A stretch of 64,000 nucleotides of DNA from Bryobacterales bacterium (lineage in GTDB: Bacteria > Acidobacteriota > Terriglobia > Bryobacterales > UBA6623). The position numbers and the translations under genes are program-made. Location of the stretch: contig OZ220485.1 of the NCBI GenBank assembly GCA_965116065.1, positions 5,040,347 through 5,104,346 on the forward strand, in the 5' to 3' direction. The notes beneath the pieces were generated by a model, which made no database searches, was not told where the DNA came from, and was given only the letters and a program-made list of their open reading frames with translations. This document shows positions 1 to 9,375 of the stretch, one piece after another (the first letter of the stretch is position 1; every line of letters starts with the position of its first letter).

Positions 1-711
1 CTGGCCCGGGAGATTCAGGAGAATCTGCTCCCGAAGAGTCCACCGGAGGTGGCCGGCTACGAGATCGCCGGGCTCTCCGAGCCCGCCAAGCGCGTGGGAG
101 GGGACTACTTCGACTATCTCTCGCTGGGACCGCACCGCACCGGACTCTGCGTGGCCGACGTATCCGGGAAGGGCATCACGGCTGCCCTGCTGATGTCGAA
201 CGTGCAGGCGACCATCCGCGGCCAGAGCCGCACCGTCCAGGACGTCGAAGTCTGCCTTGCCCGCTCCAACGACATGCTGCACGCGAGCACGGACTCGGAC
301 AAGTTCGTGACAATGTTCTACGCGGTGCTCGACACGGAGACACACCGGCTGGAGTACTGCAACGCAGGCCACAATCCGCCAGTCCTGCTGTCGAACGGGA
401 ACGTCAGCACACTGCTCGAGACCGGAGGTCCGGTATTGGGGGTCGTCCCGGGCTTCCCCTACGAGCGCGGCGAGGTGCAGTTCGGTCCCGGTGACACGCT
501 GCTCATCTACACGGACGGGTTCAGTGAGGCGATGGACGAACGCCTGGAGGAATTCACCGACGAGCGTCTGCGCGGCGTGGCGGCGAAAGCGGCAGCCCTG
601 CCTCCGACCGCGATGCTGGAGGCCATCCTCCACGAACTGACCGAATTTCGCGGCCAGGCTCCGCAGGCCGACGACATGACGATCATGACTGTCCGCCGTT
701 CCCCTGCGTGA
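1..711 (+). CDS. PP2C-family SpoIIE-like serine phosphatase, C-terminal part (5' end lies outside the window)
   Basis: The frame is open from nt 1 (LAREIQENLLPKSPPEVAGYEIAG...). It carries typical SpoIIE/PP2C motifs: GGDYFDY, ADVSGKGITAALLMS, YCNAGHNPP, YTDGFSEA and DDMTIM. Confidence 0.85.
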   Translation: MAREIQENLLPKSPPEVAGYEIAGLSEPAKRVGGDYFDYLSLGPHRTGLCVADVSGKGITAALLMSNVQATIRGQSRTVQDVEVCLARSNDMLHASTDSDKFVTMFYAVLDTETHRLEYCNAGHNPPVLLSNGNVSTLLETGGPVLGVVPGFPYERGEVQFGPGDTLLIYTDGFSEAMDERLEEFTDERLRGVAAKAAALPPTAMLEAILHELTEFRGQAPQADDMTIMTVRRSPA

Positions 712-2083
712 GCTTCGACCGCCTGCGACGAGCGTCGATGATCGTTTCCGCCAGCTGTCGACTGCGACGGATGCAGTCTGGAATCCCCAGACCGGTATAG
801 CCGTTCCCGGCCAGCAGCAATCCGGGGAGGGTTGCCAGCCGTTGTTCAATCGAGCGGACGAGCCGGTCATGGCCCACCCCGTATGCCGGCATCGACCCCG
901 GCCAGCGATACACCCGGCTGCCAAGGAGCGGCGCGTCGAAGCCCATCCATCCGCGCAGTTCTGCTGCGACCATGCGCGCCACGCTCTCGTCGTCGGCCTG
1001 CAGCGCCTCCTTGGCGCGGTCACCCGTGAGAAATGCCCGCAGGAGCACCCGGTCCGGACCCGCCCGGCCCTCGAACTTGGTACCGACCCAGGTGCAGGCA
1101 GCAACGCTGGCCCGTTCGATGCTGGGTACCAGGAATCCGAAACCGTCGAGCGGATGGCCGAAGTCATCCCTCCTGTACGAGAGTGCGACCACGACCGACG
1201 AGGTGTACCGAATCGTGCCGAGGTGCCCGGCCAGGTCCGGGATCTCCCCTTGCAGCAGGCGGCCGGCTTCGTGCGCGGGAACGGCCAGAATCACGGCATC
1301 GGCCTCGAAGGACCCCTCATCCAGGCGGAGGGTCCACCGGCAGCCCTGCCGGCGGACCCGGAGTACCCGGCGGTGCACGACTTCGCAATGCTCTTCGATC
1401 CGGCGTTCCAGTGCCCCGACAAGGGAGCCCAGGCCATCACGGAGCGTCAGGAACAGTGGGCCGTCCATACGCCGACGGCGGTTCCGGAACGTGCCCCGCA
1501 GGATGCTGCCGTACCGCCGCTCGTATTCCACGAACCGCGGCATGACCTGCATGGCCGAGAGGTGGTCGGGTTGCGCGCCGTAGACACCGGCCATCATCGG
1601 CTGAGCCAGGTAGGCAACCGCCTCGGTTCCGAAGTGCTCGCGGACGAATTCCGCCACGGAGCGGTCCGGCCGCGTGCCAGGACGGTGAAACCACTCCGCG
1701 ATGATCCGCGCCTTTGCGGCGGGACCGAACAGGCGGGTGGTCAGAATCTGCCACGGCTTTGCCGGCGCCAGCATCCGCATGCTGTCCGGCAGGGGCACCA
1801 GCCGTTCGTCCCTGACCACGTAGGTTCTCTTGCGCCGGTCATTGGACCCGATGACCTGGGCGCCGAGGCCAAGCTCCTCGACGAACGACCGCATCCAGCG
1901 CTTCTCGGCGAGCCAGCTGTCCGGCCCCGCCTCCAGCAGGCAGCCGTGAGCACGCTCCGTGCGGAGCAGACCGCCAGTCCGCTCCCGGCATTCGAACAGC
2001 GTGCAGGGAATCTGCCCACGGCTCAGGTAGTAGGCCGCCGCCAGCCCGGATATGCCCCCACCGACAATCGCCACGCCTGTCAT
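683..2083 (-). CDS. hemY: FAD-dependent protoporphyrinogen/coproporphyrinogen oxidase (HemY type)
   Basis: The start MTGVAIVGGGISGLAAAYYL is a Rossmann GxGxxG motif at ATG 2081-2083. The longer 645-aa ORF in the track is an Arg/Gly-rich upstream extension. ATGA overlap with the hemE stop. Confidence 0.85.
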   Translation of the reverse strand: MTGVAIVGGGISGLAAAYYLSRGQIPCTLFECRERTGGLLRTERAHGCLLEAGPDSWLAEKRWMRSFVEELGLGAQVIGSNDRRKRTYVVRDERLVPLPDSMRMLAPAKPWQILTTRLFGPAAKARIIAEWFHRPGTRPDRSVAEFVREHFGTEAVAYLAQPMMAGVYGAQPDHLSAMQVMPRFVEYERRYGSILRGTFRNRRRRMDGPLFLTLRDGLGSLVGALERRIEEHCEVVHRRVLRVRRQGCRWTLRLDEGSFEADAVILAVPAHEAGRLLQGEIPDLAGHLGTIRYTSSVVVALSYRRDDFGHPLDGFGFLVPSIERASVAACTWVGTKFEGRAGPDRVLLRAFLTGDRAKEALQADDESVARMVAAELRGWMGFDAPLLGSRVYRWPGSMPAYGVGHDRLVRSIEQRLATLPGLLLAGNGYTGLGIPDCIRRSRQLAETIIDARRRRSKLTQGNGGQS

Positions 2084-3123
2084 GCGGCCGATTCGTGGGC
2101 ATGCTCGCGAACCATCCGCACCACGGCACGGACATGCTCGACCGGTGTCTCGGGAATGATGCCGTGACCGAGATTGAAGATGTGCCCCGGCCGCCCGGCG
2201 GCAGCATCCAGCACCGCTGCAACCTTCGTGCGCAGTTCCCCAAGGGGGGCGAGCAGGGCGATCGGATCGAGATTGCCCTGAACGGCCACATCCGGCCCGA
2301 CCCGGTCCCATGCAGCGCCAAGGTCCACACGCCAGTCGAGGCCCAACACATCGCCGCCCGCCCGCCGGAATAGTTCCAGGTAGGAACCGTTGCCGGTTCC
2401 GAAATGGATGACCGGGACGCCCTCGGCCTGCACGCGCCGGATGAGGTCCCTCGAGTACGGCAGGGCGAACCGCTCGTAGTCCGCGGGCGACAGCGCACCC
2501 ACCCAACTGTCGAAGACCTGAATCGCACTGGCTCCGGCCGCTACCTGGGAGGCGGCGAAAGGCGCCAGCACCTCGACAGCCTTCTCCATGAGATCCTGCC
2601 AGACGGCCGGGGCCTCCCACATCAGGCCCTTGGTCCTGGCATAGTGGCGCGACCCGCGCCCTTCGATCATGTAGCTGGCGAGAGTGAACGGTGCCCCGAC
2701 GAACCCGATGACCGGTACGCGCTCGCCCATCTGCCGCCGCACAAGCGCAATGGCCTCACCCACATAGCCCAGATCGTCGGCACGTCCGGTGGCGAGTCTG
2801 CGGACATCGTCGACGGACCGGACGGGCGGGTCGATCCGCGGGCCGTCGCCGCTGACGAACTCGACCCGGAGCCCCATCGCCTCGAGAGGCAGCAGAAGAT
2901 CGGCGAAGATGATCGCCGCATCCACGTCGAGCGTGTCGATCGGCTGCTGGGTGACCTCGGCTGCCAGCCGCGGTGACTTGCAGATTTCCAGGATGGAATG
3001 GCTGCGACGCAGCCGGCGGTACTCCGCCATGTATCGACCGGCCTGGCGCATGAACCAGACCGGCGCGCAGTCGGTAGCTTCGCGGGCACAGGCGCGAAGG
3101 AATCTGTCACGCATTCCTATCAA
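2080..3123 (-). CDS. hemE: uroporphyrinogen decarboxylase
   Basis: The N-terminus ...PVWFMRQAGRYMAEYR... is the HemE signature. Length is 347 aa. The stop overlaps the hemY start. Confidence 0.95.
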   Translation of the reverse strand: MIGMRDRFLRACAREATDCAPVWFMRQAGRYMAEYRRLRRSHSILEICKSPRLAAEVTQQPIDTLDVDAAIIFADLLLPLEAMGLRVEFVSGDGPRIDPPVRSVDDVRRLATGRADDLGYVGEAIALVRRQMGERVPVIGFVGAPFTLASYMIEGRGSRHYARTKGLMWEAPAVWQDLMEKAVEVLAPFAASQVAAGASAIQVFDSWVGALSPADYERFALPYSRDLIRRVQAEGVPVIHFGTGNGSYLELFRRAGGDVLGLDWRVDLGAAWDRVGPDVAVQGNLDPIALLAPLGELRTKVAAVLDAAAGRPGHIFNLGHGIIPETPVEHVRAVVRMVREHAHESAA

Positions 3124-3266
3124 TATACCAGCAACCGAATCAAATCACTGTAATACCATTACTTACGTTCTACCCGCACCAGCTGCGCGAGGGAGGGGAG
3201 AACGGGGCCTGATTCTCGAACGCACGATGTTTTCTTGGTCGGAGACTGGGTTAGTTGAGAGTGTGA

Positions 3267-5249
3267 GGCAGAGGGCCGGGAACGACGGGCCGGACGGGGC
3301 TGGATGTTTCGTGCTGGATCTGTCAGAGTGGAGCCATGGAATCGTCACCGCGGATGCTGGACAGTGTGGACCTGCAGGCCGTGCAGGTGCGCGCGACTTG
3401 CGGAGCGCAGGAACACCGGCTCTGGGACCGGCTGGTCGCCGCGCACCATTACCTGGGATTCGGCTCCCTGTTCGGCAAGGGTCTGCGGCAGGTGGCCACG
3501 CTGGACTCGGCCTGGGTGGCGCTGGTGGGCTGGCAGGCGGCGGCGCTGAAGCTCACGGTTCGGGACCGCTGGCTGGGGTGGACGCTCGAGCAGCAGTTGC
3601 AGCGTCTGCATCTGGTGGCCCAGAACTCCCGATTCCTGATCCTGCCGGCGTTCCAGCGCATTCCGAATCTGGCCTCGCGGGTGCTGGGGCTGAGCCTGCA
3701 GCGGCTGGCGCAGGACATGCAGCGGGAGCACGGCTACCGGGTGCTGCTGGCGGAATCGTTCGTGGACCGGGCGCGTTTCGCGGGCACCTGCTACCGGGCC
3801 GCGAACTGGCGTTCGCTGGGATTCACGGGCGGCTACGCCCGCGAGCCGGGACCGCCTCCGAGGTGGCGGCCCCACGGACAACCGAAAGAGGTAATGGTGT
3901 ACGAACTGGAAGCGGGAGCCCGGGCGGCGCTGAGTCAAGCGGAGGAGGATCCGAGCTGGCAGGGTCCGGCACGGGAGGCCCCCCCACCGGCGGCGCAGTT
4001 GCGCAGCCTGTTCGACTGTCTGAGCGAGGTGGAGGACTACCGCTGTGCGCGGGGGCAGCGCTATCCCCTGCGCACGGTGCTGACGCTGGCCATCGCCGCG
4101 CGTCTCGCGGGGTACCGGGGCGTGACGGCGTTCGCCGAGTTTGCGGCCTTGCTGGATCAGGAGCAGCGGCGGACGGTGGGCTGTTTCTTCAGCCCCAGCC
4201 AGCAGTGCTACACGACCCCCTCGATCACGACCTTTCACAATACCTTGGCCGGCCTGCCGCCGGAGACGCTTGAGCGGTCGATGTCGGCATTGGCCCAGCA
4301 GCAGAGCGGACAAGTCGTGACGGAGGAGGGGGATATGAAGCCCCTGAAGGCCACTGGCGAGGAGTCGCCGGCACCGGTCGAGACGCCCGCGCAGCTGCCG
4401 CTGTTCGCCGGTATCGCGATGGACGGCAAGGATGTGCGGGGCGCCTCCCGGCAGACCGCAGAGGGACGGCGGATGATGGTGGCGGCCGTCGAGCACGGCA
4501 GTGGTCTGGTGCTGGGACAGATCGAGGTGGGCAGCAGGACCAACGAGATTCCCGCCGTGTGCGAGCTGGCGGGGCGGCTGGAGTTGCGGGGGCGGATCGT
4601 CACCTTCGAAGCCCTGCACGCCCGGCAGTCGACCACCCGCCTGTTGCGCCAAGAGTGCCAGGCCCACTACCTCGTCACGTCGGTCAAGGGCAACCAGCCG
4701 ACCATCCTCGACGACCTCCAGCACCTGTCCTTTGACGGGTCCCCCGGCTGCGAAACGCTCGACATGGAACACGGTCGGATCGAACAGCGCCGCTACTGGG
4801 TGCAAGACCTGTCGGACCCGGCCTGGAACGGCTATGCCGACCTCAACGATCGGCGGCAGGCTATCCGCATCGAACGGCAGACCTGGCATGGCAAGACCGG
4901 CCAGACCACGGTCGCCGTGTGCTACGCGCTGACCTCGCTGTCCGCCGAGGAGTCCACGCCCGCGCAGTTGGTGGCCCTGATCCGCCGGCACTGGCACATC
5001 GGGAACCGTCTGCATTCCGGGCGGGACTTCACCTGTGACGAGGACCGCTGTCGGGTCGCGGTGCGCCATCTGCCGCGCAACCTGGCCTGTCTGACCACCG
5101 TCGCGATCTCGCTCATCCGCTGCCAGTCGCCGTTCGAGGGCATCCCGACCGCCAACCGCTACTACGCGGCCCGTTCGCAGTCCGCCCTCAACCTGCTGCT
5201 GGACCCGCCACCGGGCTGAGCCCCCTCACCGCTCCCGGCCCGCCTTGCC
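3267..5249 (+). mobile_element. putative ISAs1-family insertion sequence (boundaries tentative)
   Basis: An imperfect inverted repeat flanks the transposase gene. The left arm is ggcagagggccgggaacg (3267-3284). The right arm is cgctcccggcccgccttgcc (5230-5249), whose reverse complement reads ggcaaggcgggccgggagcg. No target-site duplication was verified. Confidence 0.3.
3336..5219 (+). CDS. DUF4338 (DruA-like) N-terminal domain fused to an ISAs1-family DDE transposase
   Basis: The N-terminal ~200 aa carry HHYLGF...GLRQVA...NSRFLILP...NLASRVL...ESFVD..RF.GTCYRAANW, the DUF4338 pattern. The middle has LFDCLSEVEDYRCARGQRYPL (DDE_Tnp_1_assoc-like). The C-terminus has IAMDGKDVRGA and RRHWHIGNRLHSGRDFTCDEDRCRV, the ISAs1 signature. 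Confidence 0.8.
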   Translation: MESSPRMLDSVDLQAVQVRATCGAQEHRLWDRLVAAHHYLGFGSLFGKGLRQVATLDSAWVALVGWQAAALKLTVRDRWLGWTLEQQLQRLHLVAQNSRFLILPAFQRIPNLASRVLGLSLQRLAQDMQREHGYRVLLAESFVDRARFAGTCYRAANWRSLGFTGGYAREPGPPPRWRPHGQPKEVMVYELEAGARAALSQAEEDPSWQGPAREAPPPAAQLRSLFDCLSEVEDYRCARGQRYPLRTVLTLAIAARLAGYRGVTAFAEFAALLDQEQRRTVGCFFSPSQQCYTTPSITTFHNTLAGLPPETLERSMSALAQQQSGQVVTEEGDMKPLKATGEESPAPVETPAQLPLFAGIAMDGKDVRGASRQTAEGRRMMVAAVEHGSGLVLGQIEVGSRTNEIPAVCELAGRLELRGRIVTFEALHARQSTTRLLRQECQAHYLVTSVKGNQPTILDDLQHLSFDGSPGCETLDMEHGRIEQRRYWVQDLSDPAWNGYADLNDRRQAIRIERQTWHGKTGQTTVAVCYALTSLSAEESTPAQLVALIRRHWHIGNRLHSGRDFTCDEDRCRVAVRHLPRNLACLTTVAISLIRCQSPFEGIPTANRYYAARSQSALNLLLDPPPG

Positions 5250-5516
5250 CGTGGCGCCGGACCCGGCGCCCGGCCTCACTGTACCGCTCTGAGCGGCCGC
5301 GGTGGATCGACCGCCCCACCGGTCGAGCGGGCCGTAGCCGAGCCGCCCCCGGAACCCCGACCGCTGCCTGCTCCCGACCGGAACTCCCGACTCAAGCCCT
5401 CCAATACGGCCTCACCCGGCACTAAAGAATGTACCTGGGTCTCGAACCGTCCAACCCGTGAGCCGACCCCCATCGGGGGTATTCGGATCGTCCCTGGTTC
5501 GACGGGTTCGGGTCCG

Positions 5517-6533
5517 CTAGCGCTCGTAGCGCCGGCCGAAACCGCCAGGAGGACGCGGGCCAAGTTGACTGGAGACGGGTTCGACTCCCAGATACAGGGA
5601 GCGGTTGCCGACCTGGGCGTACGTGCGCTGCCGCAACTGTCCATCCGCTTCGTCGACGAATCGAAAGCCGGTTCCGACCTCTCCATCGCTGCTGAACCGA
5701 GGCAGTTTCCTGACCGGCAGATATCCCTTCAGGTCCGAGGTCTGGCGGATCACGATGTAGCGCTCTCGCTTGCTGTGCCAGCGGATCACCCTCAGAATGT
5801 CGAAATCGTGGATCTGGCCGCGTCCGCTCGACTGGAACCAGATCCAGACCGGATCGACCGGGTCCGCCGATTGCCCGTCCTCCGGCTCGACCAGGAAGTG
5901 CGCCACGATCGAGCGGCCACCCGCCAACACCGCAACATCGATCGGTATGTCGGGGTACACCATGTTGGCGAGGAGCCAACCGACGACGTCATGCCCCGGA
6001 ATTCGCACCAGATACCAGTAGTCCTCACCCGTAGGCGGATAGTCCGCGGGCGAATGAGCTGCTGCTGCGGGAAGCCGGTCGACCAGCATTCGGTCGAGGA
6101 TCTCGAACCGCTCGTCCTTTGCCAGTTGATAGAAGGTCGGGGCCCAGCGGTAGGGTTCGGTATGAACGTTCAAGGTGTCGACGGCCCTGGCGAAGCCCTG
6201 GTTCGGGAGCGTGGCGGAGCGCTGCGTCAGCAATTGGAGTTCCCTCCGCAAGCTGCCAACGAGAAGCAGCCTGCTCTCGACCCACCCCTGCATGCCGGCC
6301 ACGGTCCGGCCCCGCACGAAGCTGCGATGCGTTTCGAGCACCGTGATCTCGGTGTCGAACTCCAACTCGGACAGAACGGGCGCGTCAGGCTCCAGCCCGG
6401 CGTACAGCTCCACTCGGTTGCGCGTGTAGCGAATGTCGGCGACCGACTCTTCTCCCGGGGCGGAACACCCGGCGAGAAGCATGGCGGCAATCAGTGCCGT
6501 CAGCAGACGGCACCAGGGCGGATCCGCGGACAT
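5517..6533 (-). CDS. lipoprotein with bacterial SH3-like domain
   Basis: The start MSADPPWCRLLTALIAAMLLAGCS contains a lipobox (LAGC). ATG at 6531-6533. An SH3b-like stretch is present: VRGRTVAGMQGWVESRLL. Confidence 0.6.
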   Translation of the reverse strand: MSADPPWCRLLTALIAAMLLAGCSAPGEESVADIRYTRNRVELYAGLEPDAPVLSELEFDTEITVLETHRSFVRGRTVAGMQGWVESRLLLVGSLRRELQLLTQRSATLPNQGFARAVDTLNVHTEPYRWAPTFYQLAKDERFEILDRMLVDRLPAAAAHSPADYPPTGEDYWYLVRIPGHDVVGWLLANMVYPDIPIDVAVLAGGRSIVAHFLVEPEDGQSADPVDPVWIWFQSSGRGQIHDFDILRVIRWHSKRERYIVIRQTSDLKGYLPVRKLPRFSSDGEVGTGFRFVDEADGQLRQRTYAQVGNRSLYLGVEPVSSQLGPRPPGGFGRRYER

Positions 6534-6640
6534 TTTCGGCCGCACGCGCCCGGAACGCGCCCCTTCCCGTTGCCGACGGAGCCTTCGCACCCTCGCATCC
6601 AATTGAACCAAATGCCGTAGCGGCTTGCGAGACTACATGC

Positions 6641-6889
6641 ATGGCAGCCCTATCGCGGACAACCCGGCCTGCGGCGGACCGGTCGGTCATCCGGTGCGGA
6701 GACTGCAGGCGGGCACTCGCCACGATGCGGGCGGACCACCCGCAGCCCCTCCCGTCACCAGAGAATCTGTATTGTCCGTCCTGCCGGAGGGCGGGACCGG
6801 ACACCCGGATCTGCATGCACTGCGGGAGTGAGGTGTGCAGTTCGTGCGGTACCATTCTGGAACTCTCCGGAGACATCGGCTACGGGTGA
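6641..6889 (+). CDS. small Cys-rich (zinc-ribbon-like) hypothetical protein
   Basis: An 82-aa ORF from ATG 6641 carries three CxxC pairs (CGDC, CPSC, CMHC...CSSC). No homolog recognised. Confidence 0.3.
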   Translation: MAALSRTTRPAADRSVIRCGDCRRALATMRADHPQPLPSPENLYCPSCRRAGPDTRICMHCGSEVCSSCGTILELSGDIGYG

Positions 6890-7036
6890 AAAGTCTCGGC
6901 GCCGTCCTGTAACCTTGCCCTGTCGCTGGCTGCCTATGTTGTTGGTATGGGTTCATCGGACGAACCTGGCGTGCCGTGGCGCGATCCCGCGTACGGGCCG
7001 CGCTTCCCTCATCCAACTCGACAGGAGGAATCACAC

Positions 7037-7570
7037 ATGACGAGACTGCCCCGCAGCACCGTTCTACTCGGCGCGTTCGCGCTAACCGTGACGCAGATGG
7101 CCACCGCTGACAGCCACACATTCGTGGGCGAAGCGAAGGCCCGGCTAACGGAACTGGAAGAGAAGTTCACGGGCTTGGCCAATAGCATGCCGGCGGACAA
7201 GTTCACCTATCGGCCCGGAGAGGGCGTAAGCTCCGTGAGCGAAGTCTTCCTGCATGTCTCCGGTGCCAACTACTTCGTGGCACGCGCGTTCGGCATGGCT
7301 CCGCCGGAGGGACTCGACCTGCGGGGCTTGCAGAGTTCGACGACTGACAAGGCGCAGATTCTGGAGCGTGTGAAGATGTCGTTCGGCCACTTGGCCGAAG
7401 CCATCGGGAAGGTCGACCCGGGCAATGCGGACAAGTCGATGAAACTCTTCGGGAGCGATACGACCACCCGCGGTGCGCTCTTGATGGCCACGAACCATCT
7501 CAGTGAACATCTCGGCCAGAGCATCGCTTACGCCCGCACGAACGGCGTCACTCCACCCTGGAGCGAGTGA
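7037..7570 (+). CDS. DinB-family protein (secreted)
   Basis: ATG 7037 is preceded by aggagg (7023-7028). It has a signal-like N-terminus and a DinB-like four-helix pattern ending HLSEHLGQSIAYAR. Confidence 0.75.
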   Translation: MTRLPRSTVLLGAFALTVTQMATADSHTFVGEAKARLTELEEKFTGLANSMPADKFTYRPGEGVSSVSEVFLHVSGANYFVARAFGMAPPEGLDLRGLQSSTTDKAQILERVKMSFGHLAEAIGKVDPGNADKSMKLFGSDTTTRGALLMATNHLSEHLGQSIAYARTNGVTPPWSE

Positions 7571-7591
7571 CATCCAGACTGGGTTCCGACA

Positions 7592-8380
7592 ATGCTGAGG
7601 ATCGTGCAAGAGGTCCGACCGACCTGCTGGGTTGCACTGGCGTTCTCCCTAGCGCTTGCGCAGTCTCCCGCCGTAGGCGCCGAACTGGCCTTGGAGTCCG
7701 CGGACGGTCTGGAACCGGTCAACGTCATCATCGAGCCCGACACCCTCGACGGTCACAAGGGCGTGAAGCTCACCGGTGATCCGGAGGTCCTGAGAGTGGC
7801 GGCCGCGAAACGCCGGGAACTGCGGGCGGCCATGCAGGCTCGGGGCGAGCAGCCGCGAGGCCCAGGCGCGTTCGAGAGCCTGCGCACCAACCATCTGGCG
7901 ATCGTCAAGGGCGTCGAGTTCGGCAACGGCGTGATCGAACTGGAGGTGTCGGGCCAGCCGGCGCCGGGAGCCCAGGGGGGAGCCAGAGGCTTCATCGGCG
8001 TGGCCTGGCGCCTGCAGGACGACAACAAGACGTACGACTGCTTCTATCTGCGACCAACGAACGGCCGGGCAGACGACCAGGAGCGACGGAACCACTCGGT
8101 GCAGTACATCTCGCATCCGGAGTGGACATGGTTCCGTTTCCGCAGCGAGACACCGAGCAGGTACGAAACGTATGCGGACATCGTCCCGGGCGAGTGGATT
8201 CCCATCCGGATTGTGGTCGACGGCGAAAAGGCCCGCATCCATGTCAACGGGGCGGAGCAGCCGACGCTGATCGTGAACGACGTCAAGTCCGGGGCCGATG
8301 CGACCGGGAAAGTCGCGCTCTGGCTGGAAGGCTCCACAGTCGCCCACTATCGCAATCTGCGCATCACGCCGCGCGACTAG
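7592..8380 (+). CDS. DUF1080 (3-keto-disaccharide hydrolase / LamG-like) secreted protein
   Basis: Signal peptide present. The C-terminal pattern WIPIRIVVDGEKARIHVNG...GKVALWLEGSTVAHYRNLRITP is typical of DUF1080. Confidence 0.75.
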   Translation: MLRIVQEVRPTCWVALAFSLALAQSPAVGAELALESADGLEPVNVIIEPDTLDGHKGVKLTGDPEVLRVAAAKRRELRAAMQARGEQPRGPGAFESLRTNHLAIVKGVEFGNGVIELEVSGQPAPGAQGGARGFIGVAWRLQDDNKTYDCFYLRPTNGRADDQERRNHSVQYISHPEWTWFRFRSETPSRYETYADIVPGEWIPIRIVVDGEKARIHVNGAEQPTLIVNDVKSGADATGKVALWLEGSTVAHYRNLRITPRD

Positions 8381-8468
8381 GCGCACGGACGAGACCGGGA
8401 TCGACGGAGACCCGGGCCCCGCCGAGCGGATTCGCCACTGTGGTAGCCTGACTAGCGGTAACACAGGC

Positions 8469-9362
8469 ATGAAACGCCGAGACTTCATTCGCCACGCCTT
8501 GGCTGCCGGGGCTCCGGTCGCCGCTGTCCAGAAGGGCCTGTTCGGAGCGACCACCGGGTATGCAGAGAATCCGACCCGGCGGTATGCGCAGGACAGGGTC
8601 TCCCTCGGACCAGACGGGTTGCGACCGTCCAGGCTCGCCATGGGAACCGGGACCAGCGGATTCCGCGGAGCATCGAACCAGACGCGCAAGCTCGGTGTCC
8701 GTGGTGTCGTCGACCTGTACCGGTTCGGGTTCGACAACGGCCTCAACTTCTGGGACACCGCTGACGGCTACGGCAGTCACCCGCACCTCAAGACCGCGCT
8801 GCAGCATGTCCCCCGCGAGCAGGTGGTCATCATGACCAAGTCCACATCCCCGACGGCCAAGGGCATGCGGGACGACATCGAGCGCTTCCGCAGGGAACTG
8901 GGGACGGACTACATCGATCTGCTGCTGCTGCACGCCGTCCGCGAGGAGGACTGGCCCGTCCAGCGAGCCGGTGCCATCGAGATCCTCAACGAGTACAAAC
9001 AGAAGGGCATCATTAGGTCCCGGGGCATCTCCTGCCATTCGCTCCCGGCACTCCGGCAGGTCCACAAGCAGGATTTCATCGACGTGGACCTGGCCCGGGT
9101 CAACGCGGTCGGCGCAAGGATGGATGCGGATCCCGCAACCGTCGTCGACGAACTGTGCAGGATCAAGGCCGCTGGCAAGGGCGTGATCGGCATGAAGATC
9201 CTCGGTGAAGGAGTCCTGCGCAACCGCGTGGGCGAGGCACTGCAGCATGCCATGGCACTGGATTGCATCGACTGCTTCACGATCGGAGCGGAGAATCGGT
9301 ACGAACTCGCAGGCCTGATCCGGAGAATCCCCGAAGCGTCGACACTGGGCTGGGTAGCCTAG
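8469..9362 (+). CDS. aldo/keto reductase with TAT signal
   Basis: The MKRRDFIRHALAAG twin-arginine leader starts at ATG 8469. The FWDTADGYG motif is present. Confidence 0.85.
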   Translation: MKRRDFIRHALAAGAPVAAVQKGLFGATTGYAENPTRRYAQDRVSLGPDGLRPSRLAMGTGTSGFRGASNQTRKLGVRGVVDLYRFGFDNGLNFWDTADGYGSHPHLKTALQHVPREQVVIMTKSTSPTAKGMRDDIERFRRELGTDYIDLLLLHAVREEDWPVQRAGAIEILNEYKQKGIIRSRGISCHSLPALRQVHKQDFIDVDLARVNAVGARMDADPATVVDELCRIKAAGKGVIGMKILGEGVLRNRVGEALQHAMALDCIDCFTIGAENRYELAGLIRRIPEASTLGWVA

Positions 9363-9375
9363 AAGGGAGCGACTC

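Noticed and set aside
842-2167. A 441-aa plus-strand ORF, with several others, antisense to hemY/hemE.
   Set aside because: It is Arg/Pro/Gly-rich with no recognisable domains and fully overlaps well-supported minus-strand genes. This is a typical high-GC antisense artefact. The same reasoning applies to 3345-5069(-), 38603-39955(-), 45656-47197(-), 49438-51162(+), 52505-54058(+), 57248-58333(-) and 60185-61492(+).
5400-5516. tRNA-like strings (ggttcga...) downstream of the first ISAs1 gene, considered as a possible tRNA or att remnant.
   Set aside because: I could not build an acceptor stem, T-arm or anticodon arm on either strand.
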